Shown: positions 10,184-19,958 of the stretch, piece by piece
Numbering within the stretch: position 1 is the stretch's first letter
Layout of the letters: every line of letters begins with the position of its first letter
Origin: Candidatus Glassbacteria bacterium
Lineage (GTDB): Bacteria > Gemmatimonadota > Glassbacteria > GWA2-58-10
Assembly (NCBI GenBank): GCA_963752515.1
Contig: CAVVYO010000006.1
Span: 274,284 to 338,283, forward strand
Reading direction: 5' to 3'
Length of the DNA stretch: 64,000 nucleotides
Notes under the pieces: model-generated
The model's input: only the letters and a program-made list of their open reading frames with translations
The model's database searches: none
What the model was told of the DNA's origin: nothing
Translations under genes and position numbers: made by a program

Positions 10184-11287
10184 TCACTCCGGCCGGACAT
10201 AACTGCGCTTGAGCTCCTCGAACCGCTCCAGGATCGGCAGGCGCTGCGGGCAGGCCTGCTCGCAGGAGCCGCAGGCCGTGCAACGCTCCAGCTCCGCGAG
10301 ATCATCGATCCCGTAGTGCCACTTGAGCCGCTCCCAGAGGCTTTCCCCGCCCTTGAGCTTGAGGTGGTTCCAGGATTCGAGGTACTTGTAGACCGGGATC
10401 TCCTGCGGGCAGTCCCGGCAGTAGCGGCAGGCGGTGCAGAGCTTGTCGAAAGACCGTTCGATCTGCGCCTCCAGCCGCTCCAGGTCGATACTGTCCCGGT
10501 CGGCATCGAACGCCCGCCAGGCCGCCGCGGCCGAGAGCACATCCTCGACACTGCGGAAGCCGACCAGAGCCGCGGTGACCTCCCGGTGCGACCACAGGAA
10601 GCCCAGCGCGGCCTCGAGCATCGACTGCTCCGCGCGGGTGCGGATGAACGAGAAGCTTTCCGGGTTCTGAGGGATGGTCCCCCCGCCCAGGGGGTTCATC
10701 ACCACCACCCCCAGCCCCGCCTCGCCGGCGGCGGTGACCGCCTCCCGTCGGTAGGGGAAATTGATCGCGTTGTAGCCGAGGGTCACGCCCTCGAAGATCT
10801 TCTCCTCCAGGATCTTGCCGATCTCATCCCCGGCCAGGTGGGTGCTGAACGCCAGGTGGCGGATCAGCCCCTCCTCCCGGGCCCGCAGCAGGGCATCCAC
10901 CGCGCCGCCGCGCTTGCGCTCCTCCCAGCCCTCCAGGCTCAGCAGGTACCAGCAGTGGTAGAAGTCGATCGCATCCACTCCCAGCCGCTCCAGGCTGCGC
11001 TCCAGGTCCGCCCGCAGCGCCGCGCCATCCGCCTTGCTGCTCTTGGAGGAAAGGTAGAACCGCGGCCCGCCCTGGCGCTGCATCTGGCGCACCGCCCGGC
11101 CGATGATCTGCTCGCTCAGGTCCTGGCAGTAGCCCGGGGCGGTGTCGAAATAGTTGATCCCCTGATCGTAGGCGGCCAGCACCACCTCGGCCATCGCTTC
11201 CACATCCTGCGGCTCGGCGAAACGCATTCCGCCGAAAGCCAGGCGGCTGATCGCTTCCCCGGACCGGCCGTACGCGGCGTATCCCAT
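10184..11287 (-). CDS. aldo/keto reductase with C-terminal 4Fe-4S ferredoxin-type domain
   Basis: 367-aa ORF with AKR N-terminus (INYFDTAPGYC). Two Cys clusters are present: CTACRYCRDCP and CTACGSCEQACP. Confidence 0.8.
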   Translation of the reverse strand: MGYAAYGRSGEAISRLAFGGMRFAEPQDVEAMAEVVLAAYDQGINYFDTAPGYCQDLSEQIIGRAVRQMQRQGGPRFYLSSKSSKADGAALRADLERSLERLGVDAIDFYHCWYLLSLEGWEERKRGGAVDALLRAREEGLIRHLAFSTHLAGDEIGKILEEKIFEGVTLGYNAINFPYRREAVTAAGEAGLGVVVMNPLGGGTIPQNPESFSFIRTRAEQSMLEAALGFLWSHREVTAALVGFRSVEDVLSAAAAWRAFDADRDSIDLERLEAQIERSFDKLCTACRYCRDCPQEIPVYKYLESWNHLKLKGGESLWERLKWHYGIDDLAELERCTACGSCEQACPQRLPILERFEELKRSYVRPE

Positions 11288-11463
11288 CGGATCTTCCCTC
11301 GCTGCGGTTCAAGTAGTGAGTCGCGAATCCGTCCTGCGGCGGCATCCGCCGGTTCCGCGGACGGGGTTGCCGCCCGGCGCGGAGCCCCGCGGCGCCGTCT
11401 GGGATACACAATTTAGTATGGATCGCCGAAAAAATCCACCCTCCGGGCGCGGCCGGCGCCCGA

Positions 11464-13482
11464 TCAGTAATAGTACCAGATGCTGCGGTAGTCCCGGATG
11501 TCCTCGCCCCGGGCCGCCAGCTCCTCCAGGTAGAGCTGGATCGGGATGTCGGTATAATGGAACGGCGGAGCGGGCTGGTTGTTCTTCTCCCAGGGATGCA
11601 GCTCGTAGACCCGGGCGCCGTCCGGCAGAATCATCAGCAGCCGGTGGTTCTGCCCGCAACGGAATTCGCTCTGGCCCAGGCCTCCCAGGTTCAGCACCGG
11701 TTGATCGGTGCGGTCCAGCCCCGGCAGCAGGTCGGCCTCCTCCTGGCGCTCCTGCAGCAGCCGCGCGATCGGGGTCAGGAAGCGCCGGTGCTCCTCCCTT
11801 CCGCTGACCGCCAGCGCGTGGTAGGGATCGACCCCGATCAGCCGCAGGTCGCGCCTGAGCTTGGCGCTCTCGAAACGGCGACTGTTGTCGGCGGTGAAAA
11901 GCTGCTGGTTGTATACCGCTATCCCCGCCCGGCGGATCTTCTGCACCGCCTCCAGCGCCTCGGGAGTGATCTCGTAGGGGTGCTGGAAGCAGGTGACCAC
12001 CGCCAGCTCGCGGCAGCCGGGCTCGTGGAAACGGGCGATGGTGCGCACCAACTGGTCGGTCCAGCGCATCGGCAGCACCACCGGGGAGCGCGTGACCAGG
12101 CGGATGCGGAAGAGCTGCTCCCGCGAGGCCAGCGCCTCCAGCACCCGGCCCAGGGTCTCGTCGTTCAGGATCGCCGGGTCCCCGCCGGTAATCAGGATGT
12201 CGCCCACGCTGCGGTGGCGATCCAGCCAGCGCAGGGTTTCCTCCAGCGCCTCCCCGGATACCGCCGCCTGCGGGTCCAGGCGCTCCTCCTGCTCGAACGG
12301 GCTCTGGCAGAATACGCAGCACTGGGCGCAAGCGCCGAACGGCTTCATCAGCGCCACGCCGGGGTAACGGTGGGAGATCAGGTCCGACGGCGCATCCCCA
12401 TGCTCGCCGCTCAGCTCGAGGACCAGCGCGCGATCCTCCCGCCGCTCGATCAGCAGCTCCACGTACTCCCGGGGCGGGAGCACCCGGGCCCGCACCGCCC
12501 GGTCGAACCCGACCGCCGGATCGCGGTCGATCAGGCTCAGGTAGTACGGAGTGATCCCGAACGGCACCCGCCGCTCCACCGCCCGCCGGACCGCCTCCTG
12601 CCGCTCGAGGTCCAACTCGATCAGGTCCAGCAGCGGCCCGGGCTCGCGGATGATGTTCCTGATCTGCCACTCGTGGTTGCGCCAGTCCGGCTCACCGGCC
12701 CCGAAATAGTCCAGGATGCGCCGGCGGTTTTCCCGCCGCCAGCCCTGGACCTCCGGGTCCAGTCCGGAAGGGTACTTCTTGAAATACTTCCGGACCCGCA
12801 CCCCTTGCTCGTCCAGCATCAGGTTCCGGGCCCCCGCCCCTTCCTGGCCCTCGAGGGACGGGTACCCGGAGCTGCCGCGGGCGGTCGAACGGCGGTCGTG
12901 GCAGAGGTCCGACCGGCCGGTCACTCCCTGGAACAGGTGGATGAACTCCATGAGGAAAGCGGCCGAAAGCTCCGCCGTCAGGGCGCGTTCCTCCCCGCGG
13001 GCCAGCAGCCACAGGCGCTCCAGGGCCGAGAAGCCGGTGCGCCGCTCGTTGACCCGGCCGATGATGTCCTTGAAGGCCCGGAGGCAGGCGCGCAGGGCGG
13101 CCTGCTCCATGCCGGGCAGCTCGCTCTCGTGCTGCTGCAGCTCGCGCTCGGCATGCTCCAGGTAGCCGTACAGCCCCTCGCGGGCGGACTCCAGGTCCGG
13201 GGCCTCGCGCAGCAGTTCCTGCAGCTCCGGGTTGGCCTCCCAGAGATGGTCCAGATGGCTGTCGAACGTCACCTCGCACCTGGCCGCGGGCGTGCCGATG
13301 CTGACCGTGAACGCATCCTCGACCGCCCGGGCCGGGCCCCGCCGGCCGAGGGCGCCGGCCGGATGATCGGGCGGCGCGGTCCGGGCGCCGCCGTTGGCCG
13401 CGCCGGCGACCATCGCTTCCGCCTGGTTCTGTTCCGCCGGCTGTTCCTCTTGCTCGGGACCCTGCAGCTTCTTGGTCATCAT
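11464..13482 (-). CDS. KamA-family radical SAM aminomutase-like protein with long N-terminal extension
   Basis: KamA-like core (DWRNHEWQIRNII...ITPYYLSLIDRDP...HRYPGVALMKPFGACAQCCVFCQ with CxxxCxxC...ILITGGDP). The start is MMTKK at 13482, with AGGAGG-like GGAGGAAGGA upstream. Confidence 0.8.
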   Translation of the reverse strand: MMTKKLQGPEQEEQPAEQNQAEAMVAGAANGGARTAPPDHPAGALGRRGPARAVEDAFTVSIGTPAARCEVTFDSHLDHLWEANPELQELLREAPDLESAREGLYGYLEHAERELQQHESELPGMEQAALRACLRAFKDIIGRVNERRTGFSALERLWLLARGEERALTAELSAAFLMEFIHLFQGVTGRSDLCHDRRSTARGSSGYPSLEGQEGAGARNLMLDEQGVRVRKYFKKYPSGLDPEVQGWRRENRRRILDYFGAGEPDWRNHEWQIRNIIREPGPLLDLIELDLERQEAVRRAVERRVPFGITPYYLSLIDRDPAVGFDRAVRARVLPPREYVELLIERREDRALVLELSGEHGDAPSDLISHRYPGVALMKPFGACAQCCVFCQSPFEQEERLDPQAAVSGEALEETLRWLDRHRSVGDILITGGDPAILNDETLGRVLEALASREQLFRIRLVTRSPVVLPMRWTDQLVRTIARFHEPGCRELAVVTCFQHPYEITPEALEAVQKIRRAGIAVYNQQLFTADNSRRFESAKLRRDLRLIGVDPYHALAVSGREEHRRFLTPIARLLQERQEEADLLPGLDRTDQPVLNLGGLGQSEFRCGQNHRLLMILPDGARVYELHPWEKNNQPAPPFHYTDIPIQLYLEELAARGEDIRDYRSIWYYY

Positions 13483-13750
13483 GTCCTTCCTCCGGAAGCA
13501 GTGAGCCGCGCGCACCCTGCGGGTGCGTCCCCGGCATGATGAGCAGCTCCTTCCCCGCCCGCACCCGGTCCCCCCGACACCACCCATCCCTGGTACAAGG
13601 CAGGGAAGCGATGCTCCCGGCAGGAGAGGTCCGCTCGAAATTCTCTCTACTAATTGTGATGACTGGAAGTCCTGTTGTCAAACCGGTCAGCCCCGCGGTC
13701 CCCGCGCCGCGCCCGGCCAGGGAAGTGTGAAAAACGGGAAAAGATTAAGA

Positions 13751-13779
13751 TTGAAAGTTCAGGCCGTGGTAATTATTTT
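13751..13779 (+). promoter_or_regulatory. candidate sigma70-type promoter for murG operon
   Basis: TTGAAA (13751-13756), 17-nt spacer, TATTTT (13774-13779), in an AT-richer divergent intergenic region. Confidence 0.3.
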
Positions 13780-13827
13780 TTGCGGAATACTTTGTGAGGG
13801 AAAACAATTTCATCTGGCGGAGCGGGA

Positions 13828-15888
13828 GTGCCCAGGAAATACATCATCACCGGCGGCGGGACCGGGGGCCATGTCTACCCGGCCCTGGCGATCGCCGAGG
13901 CGCTCCGGGAGGATGATCCGGAGGCGAAATTCCTCTACATCGGCGTGCGTGGCCGGGCCGAGGAACAGATTGTCCCGCGCCACGGCTATGAGCTCCGGTT
14001 CGTGATCGGCGCCGGGATGCCGGGCAGCCGCCCGAGTCTGCCCAACCTGCTGGCCGCGGTCAAGCTGCTGCTGGGGCTGGCCCAGGCCGCGGTGATCCTG
14101 CGGCGCTACGAGCCGGACGCGGTGATCGGCACCGGCGGCTACGCCAGCGTGCCGGCGGTGCTGGCGGCGGTGCTGCTGCGGCGGCTGGGGCTGATCGCCC
14201 CGAAAATTTTCATCCACGAGCAGAACTTTGCCCCGGGCCGCTGGAACCAGTTGATCGGCCGCTGGGTGGACCGGGTCTGGATTTCGCTGGAGGGCTCGGA
14301 GCGGTTCTTCCCCGGCAGCCGGGTGGAGTACACCGGCTACCCGATCCGCAAGGAGATCCACAGCGAGGACCGCCACGAGGCCAGGCGACGGCTGGGCCTT
14401 CCGGAGCAAGCGCGGGTGATCTTCGCTTTCGGCGGCTCCCAGGGCGCGCGGACGATCAACCGCGCCCTGGTCGAGGCCCTGCCCCGGCTGCTGGCCGACC
14501 CGCGGGTGATCGTGATCCACGGCACCGGCGGGACCAAGCTCACCGGCTATGATCCGGTGCGCGACACCGCCGCACGGGTCGAGGCGCTGGGGCTGGCGAC
14601 GGAGCCGCGTTCGCGCTACCAGGTCCGGGACTTTTACCACGACATCCAGTACTATTACGCCGCCGCGGACCTGGTGGTCTGCCGGGGCGGAGCGGGCACG
14701 CTCAACGAGACCTGCCGCTGCGGACGCCCCGCGGTGGTGATCCCCAAGTCCAACCTGGCCGGGGAGCACCAGGTGGTCAATGCCCTGGCCCTGCAGCGCA
14801 ATGGAGTCTGCGAGGTGATTTTCGAGCGCCCGGTGCTGCAGGGGGGCCGGATGGAGGTGGCGGTCAGCGGGGAAACCCTGGCGCGCAAAGCCCTCGAGCT
14901 GCTCGATGACCCGGAGCGCCTGGCGCGGATGGGACACTCGGCGGCGCAGGTGGGCGGCCGCGCGGACAACCGCTGCTTCGCGGCCTCGGTGCGACGGGAG
15001 CAGGAGGGCGAGCGCCTGCCGGTGCAGCCGCGGGCGGCCAATGGCCAGGTGCGACAGGATGACTTCGACCCGGCCTGGCTGACCCGCCTCAGCCCCTCCC
15101 GGGTGCTGCAGGTGGCCCAGACCATCAGCTCCGGCGCGGATGGCCGCGGGGTGGAACGGCACCCGCTGGTCGAAACCCTGCGCTTCTTCGCCGATGGCTA
15201 CCTGGTGAGCCTGTCCTGGCAGGTGCGCAACAGCGGGGTCAAGCTGGTCGGATTGCTGCGGCACCTGGAACGGCGGGGCCTGCTGCTCGAGATGGCCGGC
15301 GACCGCACCCCGGCCTCGCTGTGGCAGCGGGCGCTGGGCGGCGACTACCGCCAGGTGGGCTTCATCCGTCGCAACGCCCTGGACTCGCTGGCCGAGCTGG
15401 GCCTCTGGGATGAGCCGCTGCGTCAGCTCCTGCTGCGCGTGCTGGCCGATGACCCCTACTATGAGGCCCGTTCCCACGCCGCCCGGGCGATCATCCTGCT
15501 GCGGGATCGGATCGGCGGCTGCGCGCAACTGGCCGCGGCCCTCGAGCGCAACCTCGGCCACCGCTCGCTCGAGGTGCGCTGGTGCGCTCTGGAGGCCCTG
15601 GGGGCGGTCGCCCCGGACCCGGAGTTCCTCCAGCGCCAGGGAAAGCTGCTGCTGCACCCCAACTGGCGCATCCGCGAGGCCCTGCTCAAGGCGATGTGCC
15701 ATCTGCTGGCCCGCGGGGTGGTCCGCCGGGGCGACCCCGCCTTGAGCCTGCTGGAGGGCCTGATGCCCACCTGCACCGATTTTGTCCCCAGCTTCCCGCT
15801 CAAGCGCTCGCTCAACCGCCTGCGCAGCCTCCAGGCCGGAGCGGTCGCCGCCGACAGCTCGACCGACAGCCGGGAGAACGGCCGATGA
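13828..15888 (+). CDS. murG: MurG glycosyltransferase (GT28) fused to a ~300-aa C-terminal HEAT/ARM-like repeat region
   Basis: The N-terminal ~380 aa carry MurG motifs (GGGTGGHVYPALA, HEQN, GGSQGAR). The C-terminal part has repeated helical units (DPYYEARSHAARAIILL, SLEVRWCALEALGAV, NWRIREALLKAMCHLL). GTG start; the stop overlaps the mraY ATG (ATGA). Confidence 0.85.
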   Translation: MPRKYIITGGGTGGHVYPALAIAEALREDDPEAKFLYIGVRGRAEEQIVPRHGYELRFVIGAGMPGSRPSLPNLLAAVKLLLGLAQAAVILRRYEPDAVIGTGGYASVPAVLAAVLLRRLGLIAPKIFIHEQNFAPGRWNQLIGRWVDRVWISLEGSERFFPGSRVEYTGYPIRKEIHSEDRHEARRRLGLPEQARVIFAFGGSQGARTINRALVEALPRLLADPRVIVIHGTGGTKLTGYDPVRDTAARVEALGLATEPRSRYQVRDFYHDIQYYYAAADLVVCRGGAGTLNETCRCGRPAVVIPKSNLAGEHQVVNALALQRNGVCEVIFERPVLQGGRMEVAVSGETLARKALELLDDPERLARMGHSAAQVGGRADNRCFAASVRREQEGERLPVQPRAANGQVRQDDFDPAWLTRLSPSRVLQVAQTISSGADGRGVERHPLVETLRFFADGYLVSLSWQVRNSGVKLVGLLRHLERRGLLLEMAGDRTPASLWQRALGGDYRQVGFIRRNALDSLAELGLWDEPLRQLLLRVLADDPYYEARSHAARAIILLRDRIGGCAQLAAALERNLGHRSLEVRWCALEALGAVAPDPEFLQRQGKLLLHPNWRIREALLKAMCHLLARGVVRRGDPALSLLEGLMPTCTDFVPSFPLKRSLNRLRSLQAGAVAADSSTDSRENGR

Positions 15889-17038
15889 TCTATTATCTGA
15901 GCAAGTACATCCTGATCCCGACCCTGGGCTTCGACTGGAGCCGCCTGGCCACTTACCTCACCTTCCGCTCGATCTTCGCCGCGATCACCGCTTTCCTGCT
16001 GCTGCTGCTGTTCGGCAACCGCAGGATCCAGGCCCTGTACCGGCACGGGGCGCGGGACACAGTGCACGACTATGGCTTGATGGACCCCGAGAGCAAGCGC
16101 GGCACCCCGACCATGGGCGGGATCATGCTGGTGGGCGCGGTGTTTTTCGCCGGCGTGCTCTGGGGCGACCTGACCAACCCCTTCGTGCAGTGGAGCCTGG
16201 CGGCGATGCTCTGGTTCGGGGCGATCGGCTTTATGGATGACTACCTCAAGATCAGTCACCAGGACAGCCGCCGGGGCATGAGCCAGCCGATCAAGCTGGC
16301 CCTGCAGGGACTGTTCGGCCTGGTCTTCATGCTGGTTTACCTCTCGGACTGGGGGCCTCTGGCCGCCGAGCGGGTCCAGCTGCTGCAGCGGCGCTTCCGG
16401 GGTGGATGCGCACAGCTACCGCTTTTTTCTCCAAGTGCCGTTCAAGAAGTACCCGGTGGTGGAGCTCTCCTGGTTTTACCTTCCCTTCGGGGTCTTCGTG
16501 ATCCTGGCGATTACTAATTCCGTCAATTTCTCCGATGGGCTGGACGGGCTGGCGGTGGTGCCGGCCTCGCTCACCGCCGGGGTGTTACGCGGTTTTCGCT
16601 TATATCATCGGCAACTCGATCCATGCAAGCACACTGCTGTTCACCCATCTGGTGGGCAGCGGCGAAATAACGATCATCCTGTCCGCCCTGGTCGGCGGCG
16701 GACTGGGCTTTCTCTGGTTCAACGCCTACCCGGCGCAGATATTCATGGGTGATACGGGATCGATGGCCCTGGGCGGCATGCTGGCCGTTGCGGCGATCAT
16801 GATCAAACAGGAGTTCCTGTTCCTTCTGGCCGGCGGGATTTTTGTCATCGAGGGGGCCTCGGTGCTGATTCAGGAGAAGCTTGGGATCAGGCTGCTGGGA
16901 CGCCGGATATTCCACCGCGCCCCCATCCATCATAATTTCCAGCATTTCGGCATCGCCGAGACCAAGGTGGTGGTGCGGTTCTGGATAGTGGGGATTATCC
17001 TGACTGCTGATCGGCCGGCCACCATAAAGATCCGCTGA
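15885..17038 (+). CDS. mraY: phospho-N-acetylmuramoyl-pentapeptide transferase MraY, two apparent frameshifts
   Basis: MIYYLSKYILIPTL... lies in the frame of ORF 15582..16517. The middle part is in ORF 16402..16752 (NSVNFSDGLDGLAVVP). The C-terminal part is in ORF 16535..17038 (FLWFNAYPAQIFMGDTGS...APIHHNF). Frame switches are near 16400 and 16588. Confidence 0.85.
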
Positions 17039-17050
17039 AGAAAGCCCGCC

Positions 17051-18542
17051 ATGTCCGGTGTGTCCATCCGCTCGCTGTTCCGGGAAACAGTCATCTACGG
17101 GATCAGCGGGGTGCTGGCCCGCTCCCTGAGCCTGCTGCTGCTGCCGGTGCTGTCCAACTTCCTGCCGGCGGCCCAGTTCGGCCACCTCACCATCGTCTAC
17201 TTCCTGATCGCCCTGCTGCAGCTGCTGCTGATGCTCGGGCTGGGCAACTCGCTGGTGCGCTACCTGATCGGCGCCCCGGACCGGACCCTGGTGTTTTCCA
17301 GCCACTTCTGGCCGCTGCTGGTGGTCGGCGGTCCTCGGCAGCCTGATGGTCCTGCTGCAGGCCGGGGGGCTGGCCGCGCTGATCTTCGACCAGAGCCTGC
17401 CCGGCGACCTGCCGGCGGTGCGCCTGGCCGCGGCGATCATCGGGCTGGATGCGATCAACACCCTGCCTTTCAGCTTCCTGCGGGCCGAGCGCCGGCCGTG
17501 CTACTACCTGGCGGGGGCCCTGCTCTCGGCCGGGATCTACGCCGGCCTGACAATCTACCTGTTGAGCGCGCGCGGGATGGGAGTCGAGGGAGTGCTGCTG
17601 GCCAACCTGGCGGGTTCGGCCGCGGTGACCCTGTTCTATCTGCCGGTCTGGCTGGGCAACATCCGGGCCCGGTTCGACTGGGGGCTGTTCCGCATCTACT
17701 TCGCTTTCGGCTTCCCGATCGTGTTCGCCGGGATCGGCAAGAGCCTGCTCGACCTGGCCAGCCGCCCGATCATGGAGCGGCTGATGGATGCGGCCGCGGT
17801 CGGGGTCTTCAGCGCCAGCTACCGGCTGGCGGCGGTGGCCAACATTGCGGTCTCGGCGTTCGCCCTGGCCTGGAAGCCTTTCCTGGTGCGGGCCAGCCGC
17901 GAGCAGGACCATCCCTCCGCCCTGTTCGCCCGGGTGATGACCCTCACCGTGCTGGCCCTCTGCCTGATCTTTCTTGCGGTCTCGCTGTTCGCCGACAACC
18001 TGGTGCGTCTGAAAATCCCCTTCACCGGCTTCCGGCTGCTGGAACCCAGCTACTGGCCGGGGCTGGTGGTGATCCCTCCGGTGCTGGCGGCTTACATTTT
18101 CTACGGGGTTTACCTCAACCTGACTGTCGGCTGCGACCTGACCGGCAAGACCTACTACTATGCCTGGACCACCCTGGCGGCCGCGGTGGTCAACATCGCC
18201 GCCTGCTTCCTGCTGATCCCGCCGCTGGGGATGATGGGCGCGGCCTGGGCCACCCTGCTCTCCTACGGGATCGAGGCGCTGGTGCTGTTCCTGCTCACCC
18301 GCCGGATCTACCCGATCGCTTACCAGTGGGGGCGGCTGCTGCGCCTGGTTTTGCTCGCCGCGGCCTGTTTTGTCTCGGCAAAACTGGCCGGAGATGTTAT
18401 CTTGGTGGAATTGCTGGCAATTGCTGGTTTCGTGGTCCTGCTCTTCCCGTTGCGGATCATCGATCGCTCTGTCCTGCAGGTGCTGTCCCGGGCTGGTCGG
18501 CGCGGCGGGCAGCCCATCCCGCGTCCCGGCGCGAAGTCGTAA
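17051..18542 (+). CDS. MOP-superfamily (Wzx/RfbX-type) oligosaccharide flippase, one apparent frameshift
   Basis: Polytopic membrane protein. The N-terminus is in the frame starting at 17051 (MSGVSIRSLFRETVIYGISGVLARSLS...). The remainder is in ORF 17346..18542. The frame switch is near 17325. Confidence 0.7.
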
Positions 18543-18583
18543 CCTCGAACCCGCCGGCCCCGGCCGGCCCAGGAGGTGCCCTG

Positions 18584-19884
18584 ATGAACGGTTCACTCTG
18601 CCTCGCCATGTTCCTGCTGTTCCCCCTGCTGCTGAGCAGTTCCTGCTGCCGTCAGCCAAGCTCGGCCGCGGCCTGCGAGGGTCCGCGCACGGTGCGGGTG
18701 GCCCAGTCCGCTCCGGCCGAGGTGGTGGGCGCGGACAATGCCGCCCTGCAGCAGGCCGCCGACCTGCTCCGCCCGGGCGACACCCTCGAGATCGGCCCCG
18801 GCGAGTGGCGGATGGACAACAGCTTGGTGATCCGCACCAGCCGGGTGACAGTCCAGGGCGCCCCCGGCGAGACGATCCTCAAGAAAGGTCCCGGCGCGGC
18901 CAGCCGGGTGGTCGACTGCGGCGACTACGGCGAGAGCGTGCTGGTGGTGGCCGAGCCCGCCAACTTCAAGCCCGGGATGGGGCTGTCGATCATCGATGAC
19001 AACTACAACAGCGGCTGGGCGGTCTCGGTGAGCGCGGTCAAAGAGATCAGGGGCGACACCCTGCTGCTGGCCGAGATGACCCTGCGCGACTACGACTACG
19101 AGACCGGCAATGCCCGGGTCGAGAACAAGTTCCCGATCCTCTGCGGGATCGAGGTCGAGGGCTGTGACGTTCGAGGGGATCACGGTCGATGGCAACCGGG
19201 AGCAGAACCCCTACTTCCTCGATGGCTGCCGCGGCGGAGCGATCTACCTTTACCGGGTGAAAGACTGCGACATCCGCAACTGCGTGGCCCGCAACTACAA
19301 CGGGGATGGGATCTCGTTCCAGATCACCGACAATGTCCAGGGTCGACAGCTGCGAGTCCCACGGCAACTCCAACTATGGGATCCATCCCGGCACCGGCAG
19401 CCCGCGCGCCCAGATCAGGAACAGCCACTTCCACCACAACGACCGGATCGGCTTTTTCCTGTGCTGGCGGGTGCGCTACGGGACGTTTGCCGACAACCTG
19501 ATCGAGGACAATGGCGATTACGGCATCTCAGTCGGCCACAAGGACACCGACAACCTGTTCGAGAACAACGTCATCCAGCGCAATGGCTTCGCCGGGGTCT
19601 ACTTCCGCGAGGAGACGCTGCACCTGGCCGGTCACCGCAATGTTTTCCGCGCCAACAAGATCATCGACAACGGCGACAGCGAGCGCGGCTATGGGATCTA
19701 TGTGGCCCCTTACGCCGGCGATCTGGTGTTCGAGAACAACGAGATCGGCGAGACCCGCGCCGGCGGCGAGGGCACCCAGCGCTACGGGGTCTTCGTGGCC
19801 AAGTCCGCCGGCCCGGTCCTGCTGGCGGACAACCGGATGAGCGGGCACCTGTCGGCGGATTTGCAGGATGAGAACGGCAAGTAG
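18584..19884 (+). CDS. right-handed parallel beta-helix (CASH/NosD-like) lipoprotein, paralog 1, two apparent frameshifts
   Basis: AGGAGG RBS and ATG at 18584, with signal peptide ending LLLSSSCC. The sequence matches the downstream paralog across three frames (the frame starting at 17051, then ORFs 19110.. and 19306..). Frame switches are near 19163 and 19338. TAG stop. Confidence 0.7.
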
Positions 19885-19958
19885 CTGTTTTGTTCTGTTC
19901 CTTAGCTTTTAATGCCTTACAACGCTTTCCTGAAGTTAAGCTTCAAGGAGGAACGGCC

